DNA from: Torpedo marmorata
Lineage: Eukaryota
Assembly (NCBI GenBank): GCA_977017645.1
Contig: OZ360223.1
Span: 187,178,001-187,242,000 of the forward strand
Direction: 5' to 3'
DNA length: 64,000 bases
Of the stretch, positions 26,140 to 39,619 are shown piece after piece; positions within the stretch are counted from its first letter, which is position 1, and each line of letters opens with the position of its first letter. Below the pieces are notes generated by a model. It ran no database searches. It saw nothing but the letters and a program-made list of their open reading frames with translations, and was not told where the DNA came from. A program made the position numbers and the translations under genes.

Positions 26140-27480
26140 AATTCTGGGCCAATCAGTAGGAAGGAAATTATTGAAGATTCTTAGGGATAAGAGGTACTCG
26201 ATTTGGAAAAGCAAGGACTTACGAGGAATAGTCAGCAAGGCTTTGTGCAAGGGAGGTCATGTCTTACAAACTTGAGTTTTTTGAAGAGGTGACAAAGATA
26301 ATTGAAGAAGGTAGGGCAGTGAATGTTTGTACACTTGTACTGGATGTTGTATACTTTGTTTACTTTTCCGTGCAATACCTCTCAACAAGGTCCCTCATAG
26401 TAGGCTAATCCAGAAGATTAAGGCGCATGGGATCCACTGAGGTTTGATAGATTAGATTCAAAATTGTCTTGGCCATAGAAGACAATGAGTAGTGGTAAAG
26501 GGATGTTATGTGGTGTTTATCAAGGATCAGTGCCAGAAGGCCTATTTGTGATGGACATAAATGATTTGCCAAAAAAATGTAAATGGGCTAATTAGTAAGT
26601 TTGCAGCTGATACAAATTTGGCAGAGTTGTGGATATTGAGGACAATTGTCAAAGGATTCAGCAGGATATCGACATGAGAGATGCAGGCAAAGAAATGGTA
26701 GATAAAGTCTAATGTTAGTGGTGTTGCACTTTGGGAGTTCAAATGTTAGAGAAAAATAGGAGCATTGATGTGTTGAGGGAATTTGGGATGCAAGTCTATA
26801 GCTCTCTGAAAGTGGTAAGACAAGTAGATAAGGTTGTAAAGAAGGCTTTACAGCACACTTGTCAGTTGGGGAATTGAGTATATAAGTTGGGACATCATGT
26901 TGCGGGTGCACACTTTGGTTAGGCCACATTTAGTATTGTGTGCAGTTTTGGCTGCCATATTACTTGAAGCATATGGAGGTTTTGGAGAGCATTCAGAAGA
27001 GGTTCACCAGGATGTTGCCTGGATCAGGGACTATTAGCTATAAGGAGAGATAGAAGGGACTTACAGTAGCTATAAGGATGGACACATTTGGACTGTTTTC
27101 TCTGGCACATCAGAACTTGAGGGGTGAACTGATATGTACATAAAATTATGAGAAACGTCAATATGATAGATAGGTAGAAATATCAAATGCTAGAGGGCAT
27201 ACCTTCAAGATGAGAGGAAGAAAGTTTGAAGGGATTTACGGGGCAATTTTTTTTTAGACACAGTGTCAGGTGCCTGGAACGTGCTGCCGGTGGAAGTGAT
27301 GGAAGCAGATACATTGGCAATGTTTAAGAGGCATTTAGACAGACACCTGATCAAGCAATGGAAGGAGATAAACCATGTGCAGCCAGATGTACAGTTTAAA
27401 TTGGCATTATGGTCGAGACAGACATCTTGGGCTGAAGAACCTGTCCCTGTTCTGTTCTGTTCTATGCTCTTTGTCCTCTG
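26140..27480 (+). mobile_element. Decayed CR1 LINE 3' portion
   Basis: SQQGFVQGRSCLTNL, KFAADT and later CR1 motifs with stops; (tgttc)n-like tail. Confidence 0.8.
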
Positions 27481-28242
27481 TTGAGATGTTAAATGTGCAG
27501 TTCAAAGTCATTAACTCGGATGGAAGGAACATAATTACAGTTCTTATTGTTGATGGAACTTGTATAGAAGATTTGAAAATCTTTCTGTGCTGAGGGAAGA
27601 GGGAAAATAAATTGCAGTAACTTAGGATCTTTAACTTAAAAGGTAGTTCAGTATTTTACTGTAGAATTTGATTTGTTTTTACTATATTGCCACATCAAGA
27701 TCATTCTTTATTTTCGCAGGAATAATTTAGTATTAAATGAAAGATCACTTCTCGAACCAAATTTGAATAGTGATTTTTAAATATCAGCAATTTTTCCATC
27801 TTTATTCTAAATATTGGATCAGAAAGATCACACATTATTTTTATGCATCGTTAATATGTGTTCAACACCTCTAGAGATTTGTTCCAGCTTCACTAAGTAT
27901 GACAGGTGTACGTGGAGTTTGCCAGGCTGTGCAGGAATGTCTGACCTCAGTCTTTGCCTTGTATCGTGGTGCATCATGTTCAGTCATGGCAGTCATGTAC
28001 ATCGATTGACAAACTCCAGCATATTCACAGACAGAATTTACAGTGAAGCTCCAATATACTGTACTTTGAAGATTGATCATTATTCAGTTCTGATCATAAA
28101 CCTTTACTACTAAAGGTTTATGGTGCAGGAGGGAGGGCTTCATGTTTCTGGACAATTGGGTTTTGTTCCAGGGAAGGTGGGACCTGTTCCGACGGGACAG
28201 TTTACACCTGAACTGGAGGGGGACTAACATCCTTGCGGGTAG

Positions 28243-29185
28243 TGTTACAAACTCAAACCAGCAACGACAGAAGACGCTATGCAAAAGGGGTAAAATTGAA
28301 ATTTATATTTATTAAAGATAATAAAACATAATTTTTTAACAATTAACCCCACTATAATGTCTATAAACACTATTCTTATCTAAAGAGTGTGTGTGTGTAA
28401 AGCCCAGACCATTACAGTCTGTGCCCAACCCTCATGTAAAAATGGAAAACCTTCCCCAAAACCCCCAAGTCAGTCATAAAAATAAGTCAGTCCCAAAAAT
28501 ACAGTCCACAAAAATCACTCTCGATGTTCAGGGTCCAAATTCAGCTCTGTGCGCTGGCACGAAGGACTTCTTAATGAACGTTGGAGAGAGAGAGACAATG
28601 ACCGTTTAAGCTTACGAATGGTTGGTCTGCTTTTCTTCCCTGATGACTTTCCCTTTTGGTAGGTGCACGAGGATTGCGATTCCAAATCCGTATACCACTG
28701 ATTGAGGTGTATACTTGGATCTCACAGCCTGTCTCGCTGATCTCACGCTTGTACTCCACGAAATGTGCTTTATCTCAGGATTTTGCTGATACAGGAGGCC
28801 ATGTGCTATTCTCCCAGCCTTTCTAGCTGGAATGCACAAGCCTCTGGTTTTGCTGTGTTGCTCCAGCCTTTTACAACTCCAAACTGAATGCTTTTTGCAG
28901 AGGTTTGCACCTGCTTTTGCAAAAGTGCAACAAAGNNNNNNNNNNNNNNNNNNNNNNNNNNNNNNNNNNNNNNNNNNNNNNNNNNNNNNNNNNNNNNNNN
29001 NNNNNNNNNNNNNNNNNNNNNNNNNNNNNNNNNNNNNNNNNNNNNNNNNNNNNNNNNNNNNNNNNNNNNNNNNNNNNNNNTGGGCAAGTTAATTCTTTCA
29101 GTACCTGGTCCCAGTGTGTACTCAAAAGACTTCATCCTTTCTGCTGACCGTCCACAGTCCAAATGGTCAGTCATGGTCCATAACA
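28243..29185 (-). repeat. 3' LTR (contains N gap 28936-29080)
   Basis: Direct repeat of 35542-36385. Confidence 0.93.
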
Positions 29186-30939
29186 CCTCCCACCCACAAA
29201 GAAAATTTTGGTCTGCAAGAACAACATTTTGGAAATTAATTGAGGTGTCACAATATAAACAAAACCCACAAGGTTCATCCATAAACACAAAAATATGAAC
29301 TATTTTCATTTATAAAGTTTAGCATCTAGAAAGACAATCAGCGATTACATTATCTTTCCCTTTTATATGTGTTATCATTAAATCATATTCTTGCAAAATT
29401 GGACTCCAATTCAACAACTCGATTCTTATTTTTCATTTTACAAAGAAAAACCAATGGATTGTGGTCAGTGTACACTGAGTGTTTTTTGAGCTGTACAGAT
29501 ATACACATCAAAGTGTTGTAGAGCCAACACAAGAGCTAACAACTCTTTCTATGGTTGAATAATTCCTTTGATGATCATTGAACTTCTTCGAGAAGTAGGA
29601 TACCAGATGGTCAATGTCCGCTTCGTTCTTCCTCTGTAACAGCACCGCACCCACAGCTCCATCGCTGGCATCCACGGCTAAAGAAAATGGCTTTTCTAAA
29701 TCAGGTGACTTAAGCACAGGTTGGTGGCATAAAATGGCTTTCAATTTGACAAATGCTTCCTGACAACATGTCGACCATACAAATTTTTCTCTCTTTCTAA
29801 GCAAATTTGTGAGAGGGAGCGCAAGATCTGCAAAGTTTTTACAGAACTTGCGGTAGTAGCCAATCATTCCCAGGAACCTCCTCAGAGTTTTCTTACCAGT
29901 TGGAACAGAGAACTCGGAAATAGTCACAACCTTGGCCTCTACTGGTGCCAACTGCCCCTGTCCTACCACATAACCCAGATAAATAACAGTCTCATGTCCA
30001 AACTCACTTTTACTAAATTTAACTGAGAGATTTGCTTTCGGCAGTCGTTTGAACAATTGTTTTAACTCAAAGACATGCTCTTCCCAGGTGTCATTACTTA
30101 CAATTAAATCATCAACGTAAGCACCTGTGTTTTTCAACCCTTGAATTACTGAATTAATCATTCTCTGAAATGTTCCTGGAGCATTCTTCATCCCAAAAGG
30201 CATACCTTTTGGGCTGTATGAGTATAATGTTGTTACGAATACATAAATCTCCCTAGCCCTTTTTGTCAAAGGAACACACGAGTACCCTTTCAATAAGTCA
30301 ATTTTTGTAAGAAATTTGGCCTTCCCCACCTTGTCTATACAATCGTCTATTCTAGGAATAGGATAAGCATCTGTCTTTGTCACAGCATTTACTTTCCTAT
30401 AATCAGTGCAAAACCTAACCGTTCCATCAGGCTTAGGAACTAAAACACAAGGGGAACTCCAATTGGAAGTAGACTTCCAAATGATATTGTTCTTTATCAT
30501 GTAGTCAATTTCCTGATCTACCAGTTTGCACTTTTCTGCATTTATTCGATAGGGTTGCTGTTTTATAGGTCTTGCATCTCCTACATCCACATCATGATAA
30601 GCTAACTTTTCTGAGGCACATCGGGAAATAAATTTTAAAAATAACTGACATCTCTTCCTTTTCAGAAGTTTTGAGATGAGCCAACTTTGTCTCCAGATTG
30701 CGCAAAATCATGGAATTTTCTAACCTCGGGCTTATCAATTTCTGTGTCCCATGACCCTCTCGGAAACTATTTTATCTGTCTCCTCCGTACCCTGGTCGAT
30801 AACCAGCACCTCTGGTAAATGGTCAGTCGCTTTGTGCGGCACCTGTTCAAAATATGGCTTAATCATATTCACATGACAGACCTGTGTGTCTCGTCTGCAA
30901 TTAGGTGTTTCTATGACATAGGTGACCTCATTAATTTTT

Positions 30940-32550
30940 TTTATTTTTTTTTTTTTTTATTATTTTATTTAAATTTTTAAATCACACAATACATAAATCA
31001 AAATATGTAATTTCCAAAATACAAGTGATATAAATTTCCTCCCCCCACACCCTCCCACCCTTCCCTAACCCCCCCAACCCCACTATTCTAAAAAAAGAAT
31101 AATAAAAAAAAATACATAGTAAAAGAAAAAGAAAAATAGATTAATAGTGAGGAGAGAACCATCTAAAAACTAATTTTATCCTGGAGGTTAAACTCGCCAA
31201 TAGACCTGATTTCTAGAGATTTCAAATCCTTAAACCCATAACTCTCATATATGGGCTCCAAATTTTTAAAAAAGAATGATATTTATTGCGTAAATTGTAA
31301 GTAATCTTTTCCAAAGGAATACACGAACGAAGTTCTGCATGCCACCTATCTAAACTTAAATCTAAATCTGATTTCCAAGTAATAGCAATACATTTTTTTG
31401 AGACAGCTAAAACAATTCGCAAAAATTCTACCTGATACATATTCAATCTATTCCTAATACTAAATTTTCTAATATCTCCAAATAGAAATAACATAGGGTC
31501 CATTGGAAACATAACATTAAAAACTCTATCTAAAAAATTATTAACTTTCAACCAAAAATCTTGAATTTTTGGACATAACCATGTAGAATGAACAAAAGAA
31601 CCTACTTCATTCTTACATCTAAAACACAAATCCGACAATGTCGGATTAAATTTCTTTAATTTTTTTGGTGTTAAATATAGTTGATGAAAAAAATTATATT
31701 GTACTAATCTACTAATCTATATCTAACATTAATAACTTTAGTCATACTTAATTTACATAAATCTTTCCAGTGATTTCCAGCTATATTAACATTTAAATCT
31801 AATTCCCATTTTAATCTTGATTTATGTAATCCTTCTTTTGGCATTTTTTTCTGAAATAATTTATACATTTGAGAAATAAACTTATTAACATTTGCTTTAG
31901 TTATTAATAATTCTAACTCATTATGTCTTGGAGCAATCAAATTTTCTCCTAATTTCTCAATCAAAAAAGCTTTAACTTGATAATAAGCTAACCATGTATT
32001 ATCTAATACATTAAATTTTTCCTTCAATCTTTGAAACGTAACAAATCTTCCAGCCTCAAAACAATCTTTAAAATTCTTAATTCCTTTTTGAAACCATGCT
32101 TTCAATAACTGATTATTCATAGTAAATAATAAAAGTGGATTTTGATATAATGGCATATTTAAAGAAATTAATCCTTTCCCACCTATTTCTTTATCTACCT
32201 GTGTCCATATTTCCAACAAATGTTTAATAATCGGTGAATTTTTCTTTTTTACTAATAATAATTTAGAATTCCACTTATAGATAATATCCTCTTTATAATT
32301 TTCTCCTATATTATTTAATTCTATATTAACCCAGGCAGAAGTTTTAGTTAAATCAAAAAATTCATTAACAAATTTTAATTGAGCTGCTTTATAATAATAT
32401 TGAAAATTAGGAAGTTGCAATCCTCCCATCTCATAATTCCATGTTAACTTATCCATACTCACTCTTGCTAACTTCTCTTTCCATAAAAAGTTCCTAATAA
32501 TAAACTTTAAATCTTTAAAAAAAAAATTTGGAATTCCAAAAGGAATTGAT
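30940..32550 (-). mobile_element. 5'-truncated L1 (family A) nested in the LTR element's pol
   Basis: TSD tgacctcattaattttt (30923-30939 / 32551-32567); ORFs 31222-31638 and 31704-32462 are L1 ORF2 C-terminal. Confidence 0.92.
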
Positions 32551-35541
32551 TGACCTCATTAATTTTTGACTTAAATCTATAGGGTCCTGAAAATCTAGCC
32601 CTAAGAGGATTTGAATGTGTGGGAAACAGAACTAATACGTTCTCACTAGGTTTAAAAGTTCTCATCTTTGCCTTTCGATCATACCCAACCTTCATTCTCT
32701 GTTGAGTGGCCTTTAAAGTCTCCTTTGCCATCTCACAAGCTTTATGCAACCGATCCTTAAATTTGGAAACATAATCTAACAGATTTATATGCATATCAGT
32801 ATTAATCCACTGTTTTTTAATAACCTTAAAGGACCTCTCACCTCGTGTCCGAAAACTAACTCGAATGGACTAAAACCAAGTGATTCTTGGACAGACTCCC
32901 TCGCTGCAAATAACATCAAATGAACCCCCTCATCCCAATCCTTTTCCTTCTCACAACAATAAGTTCTAATGATGTTTTTCAAAGTCGAATGGAACCTCTC
33001 CAAGGCCCCTTGACTTTCTGGATGGTACGCAGAGGATACAATCTGTTTAACTCCCAGTCTATCAACCACTTGTTGGAATACGCCTGACATGAAATTACTA
33101 CCCTGATCTGATTGAATTTCCATTGGGAAACCTACTAAGGTGAAAACCTTTACCATAGTCTTTACAATTGCCTTTGGTTTAATGTTTCTCAGAGGAATGG
33201 CCTCTGGAAATCTGGTGGCTGCACACAATTGTTGACAAATACTCATTCCCCGCTTTGGTTTTAGGCAATGGGCCAACGCAGTCCACAATCACTCTCGAGA
33301 AAGGCTCACTGAAAGCAGGGATAGGTTGTAAGGGTGCCACTGGGGGACCCTGATTAGGTTTACCCACCACCTGACAAGTGTGACCGGCCCGGCAAAAGCT
33401 TACAACCTTCCTTCTCAAACTGGGCCAATAAAATTGTTTCATTATCTTCTGTATAGTTTTCTTCACCCCAACGTGACCACCTAAGGGTGTGCTATGAGCC
33501 AAAGTTATTATTTCGTCCCTATATACTTTAGGGATCACAACCTGCTGCACTACTGCCCATTCTTCACTGGCAGGAACATCACATGGTCTCCACTTTCTCA
33601 TCAACACCCCATCTTTTTCATAATAACCCACTGGCACCTTTTTAATCTCCTCTTCAGAGAGAACCTTATCCCTCACCTCAGCAAGATCAGGATCCTACTT
33701 TTGCCTTGCTATTAGTTCCTGTCGGGATAGGTGTCTTATCAGTGTGAGGGTGTAACACAGAAGATTGTTCAAGCTTTTCCTGGTGTTTTTTTTATTATCA
33801 CCGACTTTTTCTTTCACCAATTTATTTTCCACTGCCTTCTCTACAGTGACATTTTTCTTAGACATGGCCCTGGTTATGGCACATGCCGGATAAATATCAG
33901 AGTCCTTCTCTGACTTATCAATGACTGGCTTAGTGGTCATTCGCACTGCAGGAACTACTTTATCCTCAGCCAAGTCATTGCCTAGCAACAGTGAGACTCC
34001 TTCTACTGGCAACTCTGATCTCACTCCTATTATAACAGGTCCTTCCACCAAGGCTGAGTCCAACACTATTTTGTGCAAAGGAATGGACTCAACATCACCC
34101 CCAATTCCTTTGATCAAATTCATTTCACTGGTGTTGTAGCTTCACAAAATTCCAAGACCCTATCTAACACAAGTGACTGAGCAGCTCCAGTATCTCGCAA
34201 GATTTTCACTGGAACTTGCTTTGATCCTGCCTTAACTGAAACAAAACCATCAGTCACAAAAGGTTTAAATACATCCCTAACTTTGTCAGTAAATTTGTCT
34301 TCTTCCTGTGTGTTATGCCTCTTCTCACTCTGAATGCATCCTTTTCTCTCTTCTTTTTCAACACTGGACAGCTTGCTATCATATGACCAGCCTTCCTACA
34401 GTAGTGGCAAATGGGACCCGAAGGGTTTTCCCTTTTCCACTTTCCTTCATCCCTTTCCTTAACACCACTTCCAAATTTACTTTCCACAGTGCCCTTTTGG
34501 AAAATTCTGCCTGACGTCCACTTCGGCTTGTGGGTTAAAGCATATTCATCTGCTAATTTAGCTGAATTTTTCCAAGTTTTCACCTCCTTTTCATCTAAGT
34601 ATGCCTTAATATCCTCAGGAACACACCTTTTTATCTCCTCAATTAGTATAAATTCTCTCAATTGATTGTAATCATTATTTACCGCCTTAGATGTGCACTA
34701 CCGGTCAAAAAACACAACCTTTACATAGGCAAACTCTGTAAGATTGGGTTGCTGATCTTTTAAAATTTCTAAACTTCTGTCTATGAGCCTCTGGAACTAA
34801 CTCATAAGCCTGGAGTTTTGCCTTTTTCAACATTTCATAATCAGCAGCTTGCTCCGTGGTAAGAGTAGATAAGCTTGCTGAGCTTTTCCTTTAATTACAC
34901 TTTGTAACATAAGAGACCATTGGTCTTGTGGCCATTTTAATTTCACAGCCACCTTTTCAAAATGTTGGAAGTACTTATCTATTTCCGCCTCCTCAAATGG
35001 AGGAACCAACCTAACTTCTTTACTGGCCAAAAACCTCTCATCGGACCACAAATTTGATCTTGGGGTTCTTCTTGTCTCCTCTCATTTTCCAACTTAATTT
35101 TTTCCAGCTCATATTGCCTAATTTTCTCCTCTGCCTGCAAGTCTAATCTCTTTTGTACCAATTCCAATTTCTTTAGTTCCAACTGTATGTTTTCAGAAGG
35201 TTTACCCTTGGGAAAACTGCTCCAACAACGCTCTCCTCAAACGTTTTCCCTTTTATATAGTTTTTGGCAATTTTTCTTCCAATCTCCACCTTTTTCATTG
35301 ATGGTTTTACAGAAGCAATTCCCAACTCTCTTGCTATAGCCACTAACTGTTCCTTTTTAACCTTTTTTAAAGTATCAGGTTCAGGTGATTCCAAAAAATT
35401 TTCTTCATCCTTTGTTGCTGGTTTTTGTTACCCACACACTAGCTTTTAATTAGCTTTACAAAAGGAATGACTTAAACCAGACTGGGATTCCTTCATTTAC
35501 CAAGCTGGAGCTTGATTCAATCCTTGGACGAACCCCCAATT

Positions 35542-36385
35542 TGTTACAAATTCAAACCAGCAACGACAGAAGACGCTTTGCAAAAGGGGTAAAATTGAAA
35601 TTTATATTTATTAAAGACAAACATATAATTTCTTAACAATTAACTCCACTATAAACGTCTATAAACACTACTCATATCTAAAGAGTGTGTGTCTGTGTAA
35701 AGCCCAGACCATTACAGTCTGTGCCCAACCCTCATGTAAAAATGGAAAACCTTCCCCAAAACCCACAGGTCCGTCATAAAAATAAGTCAGTCCCAAAAAT
35801 ACAGTCCACAAAAGTCACTCTCTATGTTCAGGGTCCAAATTCAGCTCTGTGCGCTGGCACGAAGGACTTCTTAATGAATGTTGGAGAGAGAGACAATGAC
35901 TGTTTAAGCTTACGAATGATTGCCCTGCTTTTCTTCCCTGATGACTTTCCCTTTTGGTGGGTGCACGAGGATTGCGATTCCAAATCAGTTTTGATTGAGG
36001 CGTATACTTGGATCTCACAGCATGTCTCACTGATCTCTCGCCTGTTTTCCACGAAAGTTTCTTTTTCTCAGGATTTTGCTGATACAGGAGGCCATGTGCT
36101 ATTCTCCCAGCCTTTCTAGCTGGAATGCAGAAGCCTCTGGTTTTGCTGTGTTGCTCTAGCCTTTTGCAACTCCAAACTGAATGCTTTTTGCAGAGGTTTG
36201 CACCTGCTTTTGCAAAAGTGCAACAAAGTATCTTTCCACAGCCTCTCTCTCTGTCTCTCTCTGAGCACAGCCAGTCCTGGGCAAGTTAACTCTTTCAGTA
36301 CCTGGTCCCAGTGTGTACTAAAAAAAAAACTTCATCCTTCCTGCTGATCGTCCGCAGTCCAAATGGTCAGTCATTGTCCATAGCA
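35542..36385 (-). repeat. 5' LTR
   Basis: Direct repeat of 28243-29185; followed on the - strand by the PBS. Confidence 0.93.
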
Positions 36386-39384
36386 GTAGGTTTGCTAGTG
36401 CTGCTCTGGGCGGTTTAAACTAGATTGGCAGGGGGATGGGAACCAGAGTGTTAGAGCAGGTAGTGAGGTGGAGGAGAATAAAGGTCATGCGAGGACTGCA
36501 TGTATAGATAAATCAAAAGTTATTACGTGATATAAATGTTCTCAGGTGTATTTATTTCACTGCAAGGAGTATTGTCAGAAAGGTAGACGAGCTTAGGGCG
36601 TGGATTGGCATGTGGGATTACGACATTATTGCTATTAGTGCGACTTGGTTGCAGGAGGGGCAGGACTTGCAGCTCAATGTTCCGGGGTTCTGTTATTTCA
36701 GATGTGAAAGAGGGGGAGGGATGAAAGGGGGAGGAGTGGCATTGTTACTCCGAGAAAATATCACAGCTGTGCTTAGACAGGACAGCCCAGAGGGCTCGTC
36801 TACAGAGGCCATATGGGTGGAACTGAGGAACGGGAAACTTGTGACCACACTGATAGGGTTGTATTATAGACTGCCCAATAGTCAGAGAGAATTGGAGGAG
36901 CAAATCTATAGAGAGATAGCAGACCGATGTAAGAAACAGAATGTTGTGATAGTAGGAGATTTTAACTTTCCAAATATTGACTGGGACTCCCATACTGTAA
37001 AAGAGTTGGATGGCTTGGAATTTGTCAAATGTGTTCAGGAAAGTTTTCTAAATCAATATAAAGAGGTACCAATGAGAGAGGATGCTAGGGAACCAGACAG
37101 GTCAGGTGGCAGAGGTATGTGTAGGAGAACATTTTGGGTCCAGTGACCATAATGTCATTAGTTTCAAGGTAATTATGGATAAGGATAGGTCTGGTCCTCG
37201 AGTTGAGATTCTAAATTGGAGAATGGCCAATTTTGTGGAAATGAGAAAGGATCTAGGAAGAGTGGATTGGGATAAGTTGTTGCCTGGCAAGGATGTGTTC
37301 AGTAAGTGGAAGGCCTTCAAAGGTGAAATTTTGAGAGTGCAGAGTTTGCATGTTCCTGTCAGGATTAAAGGCAAAGTTAACAGGTATAGGGAAGCTTGGT
37401 TTTCAAGGGATATTGGCGTTCTGGTTAAGAAGAAGAGAGAGGTGTGCAGCAAGTATAGGCAACAAGGAGCAAATGAGGTACTAGAAGAGTATAGAAAATG
37501 TAAGAAAATACTCGAGAAGGAAATCAGGAAGGCAAAAAGAAGACATGAGGTATCTTTGGCAAATAATGTGAAGATAAACCCAAAGGGTTTCTATAAGTAT
37601 GTTAAGAGTAAAAGGATAGTAAGGGACAAAATTGGTCCCCTCGTAGATCAGAATGGTCATCTATGTGTGGAGCCTCACGAGATGGGGAAGATCTTAAACA
37701 GTTTTTTTGCATCAGTATTTACACAGGAAACTGGTATAGTGTATAAGGAAGGGAAACAAGCAGTTGTGGCATGGAACATATAGAGATTAAAGAGGAGGAG
37801 GTGCTTGCTATCTTACAGTGAATAAAGGTAGATAAATCCCCCAGGCCTGACAATATTCCCTCGGACCTTGAGGGAGACAAGTGTAGAGATTGCAGGGGCC
37901 CTGGCAGAAATATTTAAAACATCCTCATCCACTGGTGAGGTGCCGGAGGATTGGAGGGTAGCTCATGTTGTGCCGTTGTTTAAAAAAGGCTCCAAAAGTA
38001 AACCAGGAAATTACAGGCAGATGAGCCTGACGTCAGTAGTTGGTAAATTATTGGAGGGTATTCTGAGAGATCGGATATACAAGTATTTGGACAGCCAAGT
38101 GCTGATTAAGGATAGTCAGCATGGCTTTGTGCGTGGTAGGACGTGTTTAAAGAATCTTAAAGAGTTTTTCGAGGAGGTTACCAAGAGTGTAGATGAAGGA
38201 AAGGCTGTGGATGTTGTCTACATGGACTTTAGTAAGGCCTTTGACAAGGTCCCACACGGGAGGCTAGTTCAGAAGGTTCAGACACTAGGTATCCATGGAG
38301 AGGTTGTAAACTCGATTCGAAATTAGCTGAATGGGAGAAGACAGAGAGTGGTCGTGGATGATTGCTTCTCAGACCAGAGGCCTGTGATTAGTCGTGTGCC
38401 TCAGGGATCGGTGCTGGGACCATTGTTGTTTGGTGTCTATATCAATGATCTGGATGATGATGTAGTAAATTGGATCAGCAAGTTTGCTGATGACACTAAG
38501 ATTGGAGGCGTTGTGGACAGCGAGGAAGGCTTTCAAAGCTTGCAGAGGGATCTGGACCAACTGGAAAAATGAGCCAGAAAGTGGCAGATGGAATTTAATG
38601 CAGTAAAGTGTGAGGTGTTGCATTTTGGAAGGACAAACACAGTAAATGGTAGGGCACTGAGGAGTGCGGAGGAACAAAGGGATCTGGGAATTCAGATACA
38701 TAATTCCCTGAAAGTGGCATCACAGGTAGACAGGGTTGTGAAGAAAGCTTTTGTCATTTTGGCCTTCATAAATCAAAGTATTGAGAACAGGGGTTGGGAT
38801 GTTATGGTGAGGTTGTATAAGACATTGGTGAGGCCAAATTTGGAGTATTGTGTGCAGTTCTGGTCGCCAAACTACAGGAAGGATATCAGTAAGATTGAAA
38901 GAGGGCAGAGACGATTTACTAGGATGTTGCTGGGTCTTCAGGAGTTGAGTTGCAGGGAAATATTAAACAGGTTAGGCATTTATTCCTTGGAGCGTAGAAG
39001 AATGAGTGGAGATTTAATAGAGGTTTACAAAATTATGAGAGGTATAGACAGAGTAAATGCGAGTCGGCTCTTTCCACTTAGATTAGGAGAGATAAATACA
39101 AGAGGACGGCTTTAGAGGGAACTTTAGGGGGAACTTTTTCACAGAGTGGTGGGAGTGTGGAACGAGTTGCCATCTGTCATGGTAAATGCGGGCTCACTCT
39201 TAAGTTTTAAAAATAAACTGGATAGATACATGGATGGGAGAGGTCTGGAGGGTTATGGAATGGGTGCAGGTCAGTGGGACTAGCGGTATGATGTTTTCAG
39301 CACAGACTAGAAGGGCTGAATGGCCTGTTTTCTGTGCTGTTGTGTTCTATGGTTCTTCTACTAAATTGACCATGGGTTTCGAAA

Positions 39385-39610
39385 ACTGTTTTCTTCTGTT
39401 TGGACTTTATATAGCAATGATAAAGATATATAACCAATGTTTTGGGCTTGAGCCCTTCATCATGGTATGAACAAAATGTAGGCAGTCTCCTGAACAAAAT
39501 GGTGGTGGTTGGGGGTGGGGGGCAGGGGGATGAGCACATTCCCACAGGCTAATACAAGCCTGAATAAGTATGAGGGCATGAGGCGTGTGGAGGGGAGAAT
39601 GGAAACGGGT
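39385..39610 (-). mobile_element. Penelope terminal remnant with decayed hammerhead-like motif
   Basis: ctttatatagcaa...tgttttgggcttgagcccttcatca matches the Penelope terminus at 52105-52170. Confidence 0.6.
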
Positions 39611-39619
39611 TGATTTTTT

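Larger units (their letters stand above)
28243..36385 (-). mobile_element. Gmr1-like Gypsy LTR retrotransposon (gag-PR-INT-RT-RH), decayed
   Basis: Paired LTRs at 28243-29185 and 35542-36385 (TG..CA); TSD gtag; tRNA-Pro-like PBS TGGGGGTTCGTCC next to the 5' LTR; PPT at about 29186-29196; gag CCHC, DTG protease, integrase ORFs 32785-33676 upstream of RT/RNase H ORF 29508-30590 (YVDD). Confidence 0.93.
28115..39357 (+). mobile_element. CR1 LINE (ORF1 end plus decayed ORF2 APE/RT), split by an LTR element at 28243-36385
   Basis: TSD ctactaaa (28107-28114 / 39358-39365); ORF1 tail NILAG|RFASAA rejoins across the insertion; ORF2 pieces at 36610-39115 (GDFNFP, SDH, YMDFSKAFDKV, PQGSVLGP, KFADDT). 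Confidence 0.9.

Noticed and set aside
28806-29309. ORFs spanning N runs (also 16163-16405)
   Set aside because: Artefacts of translating assembly gaps.
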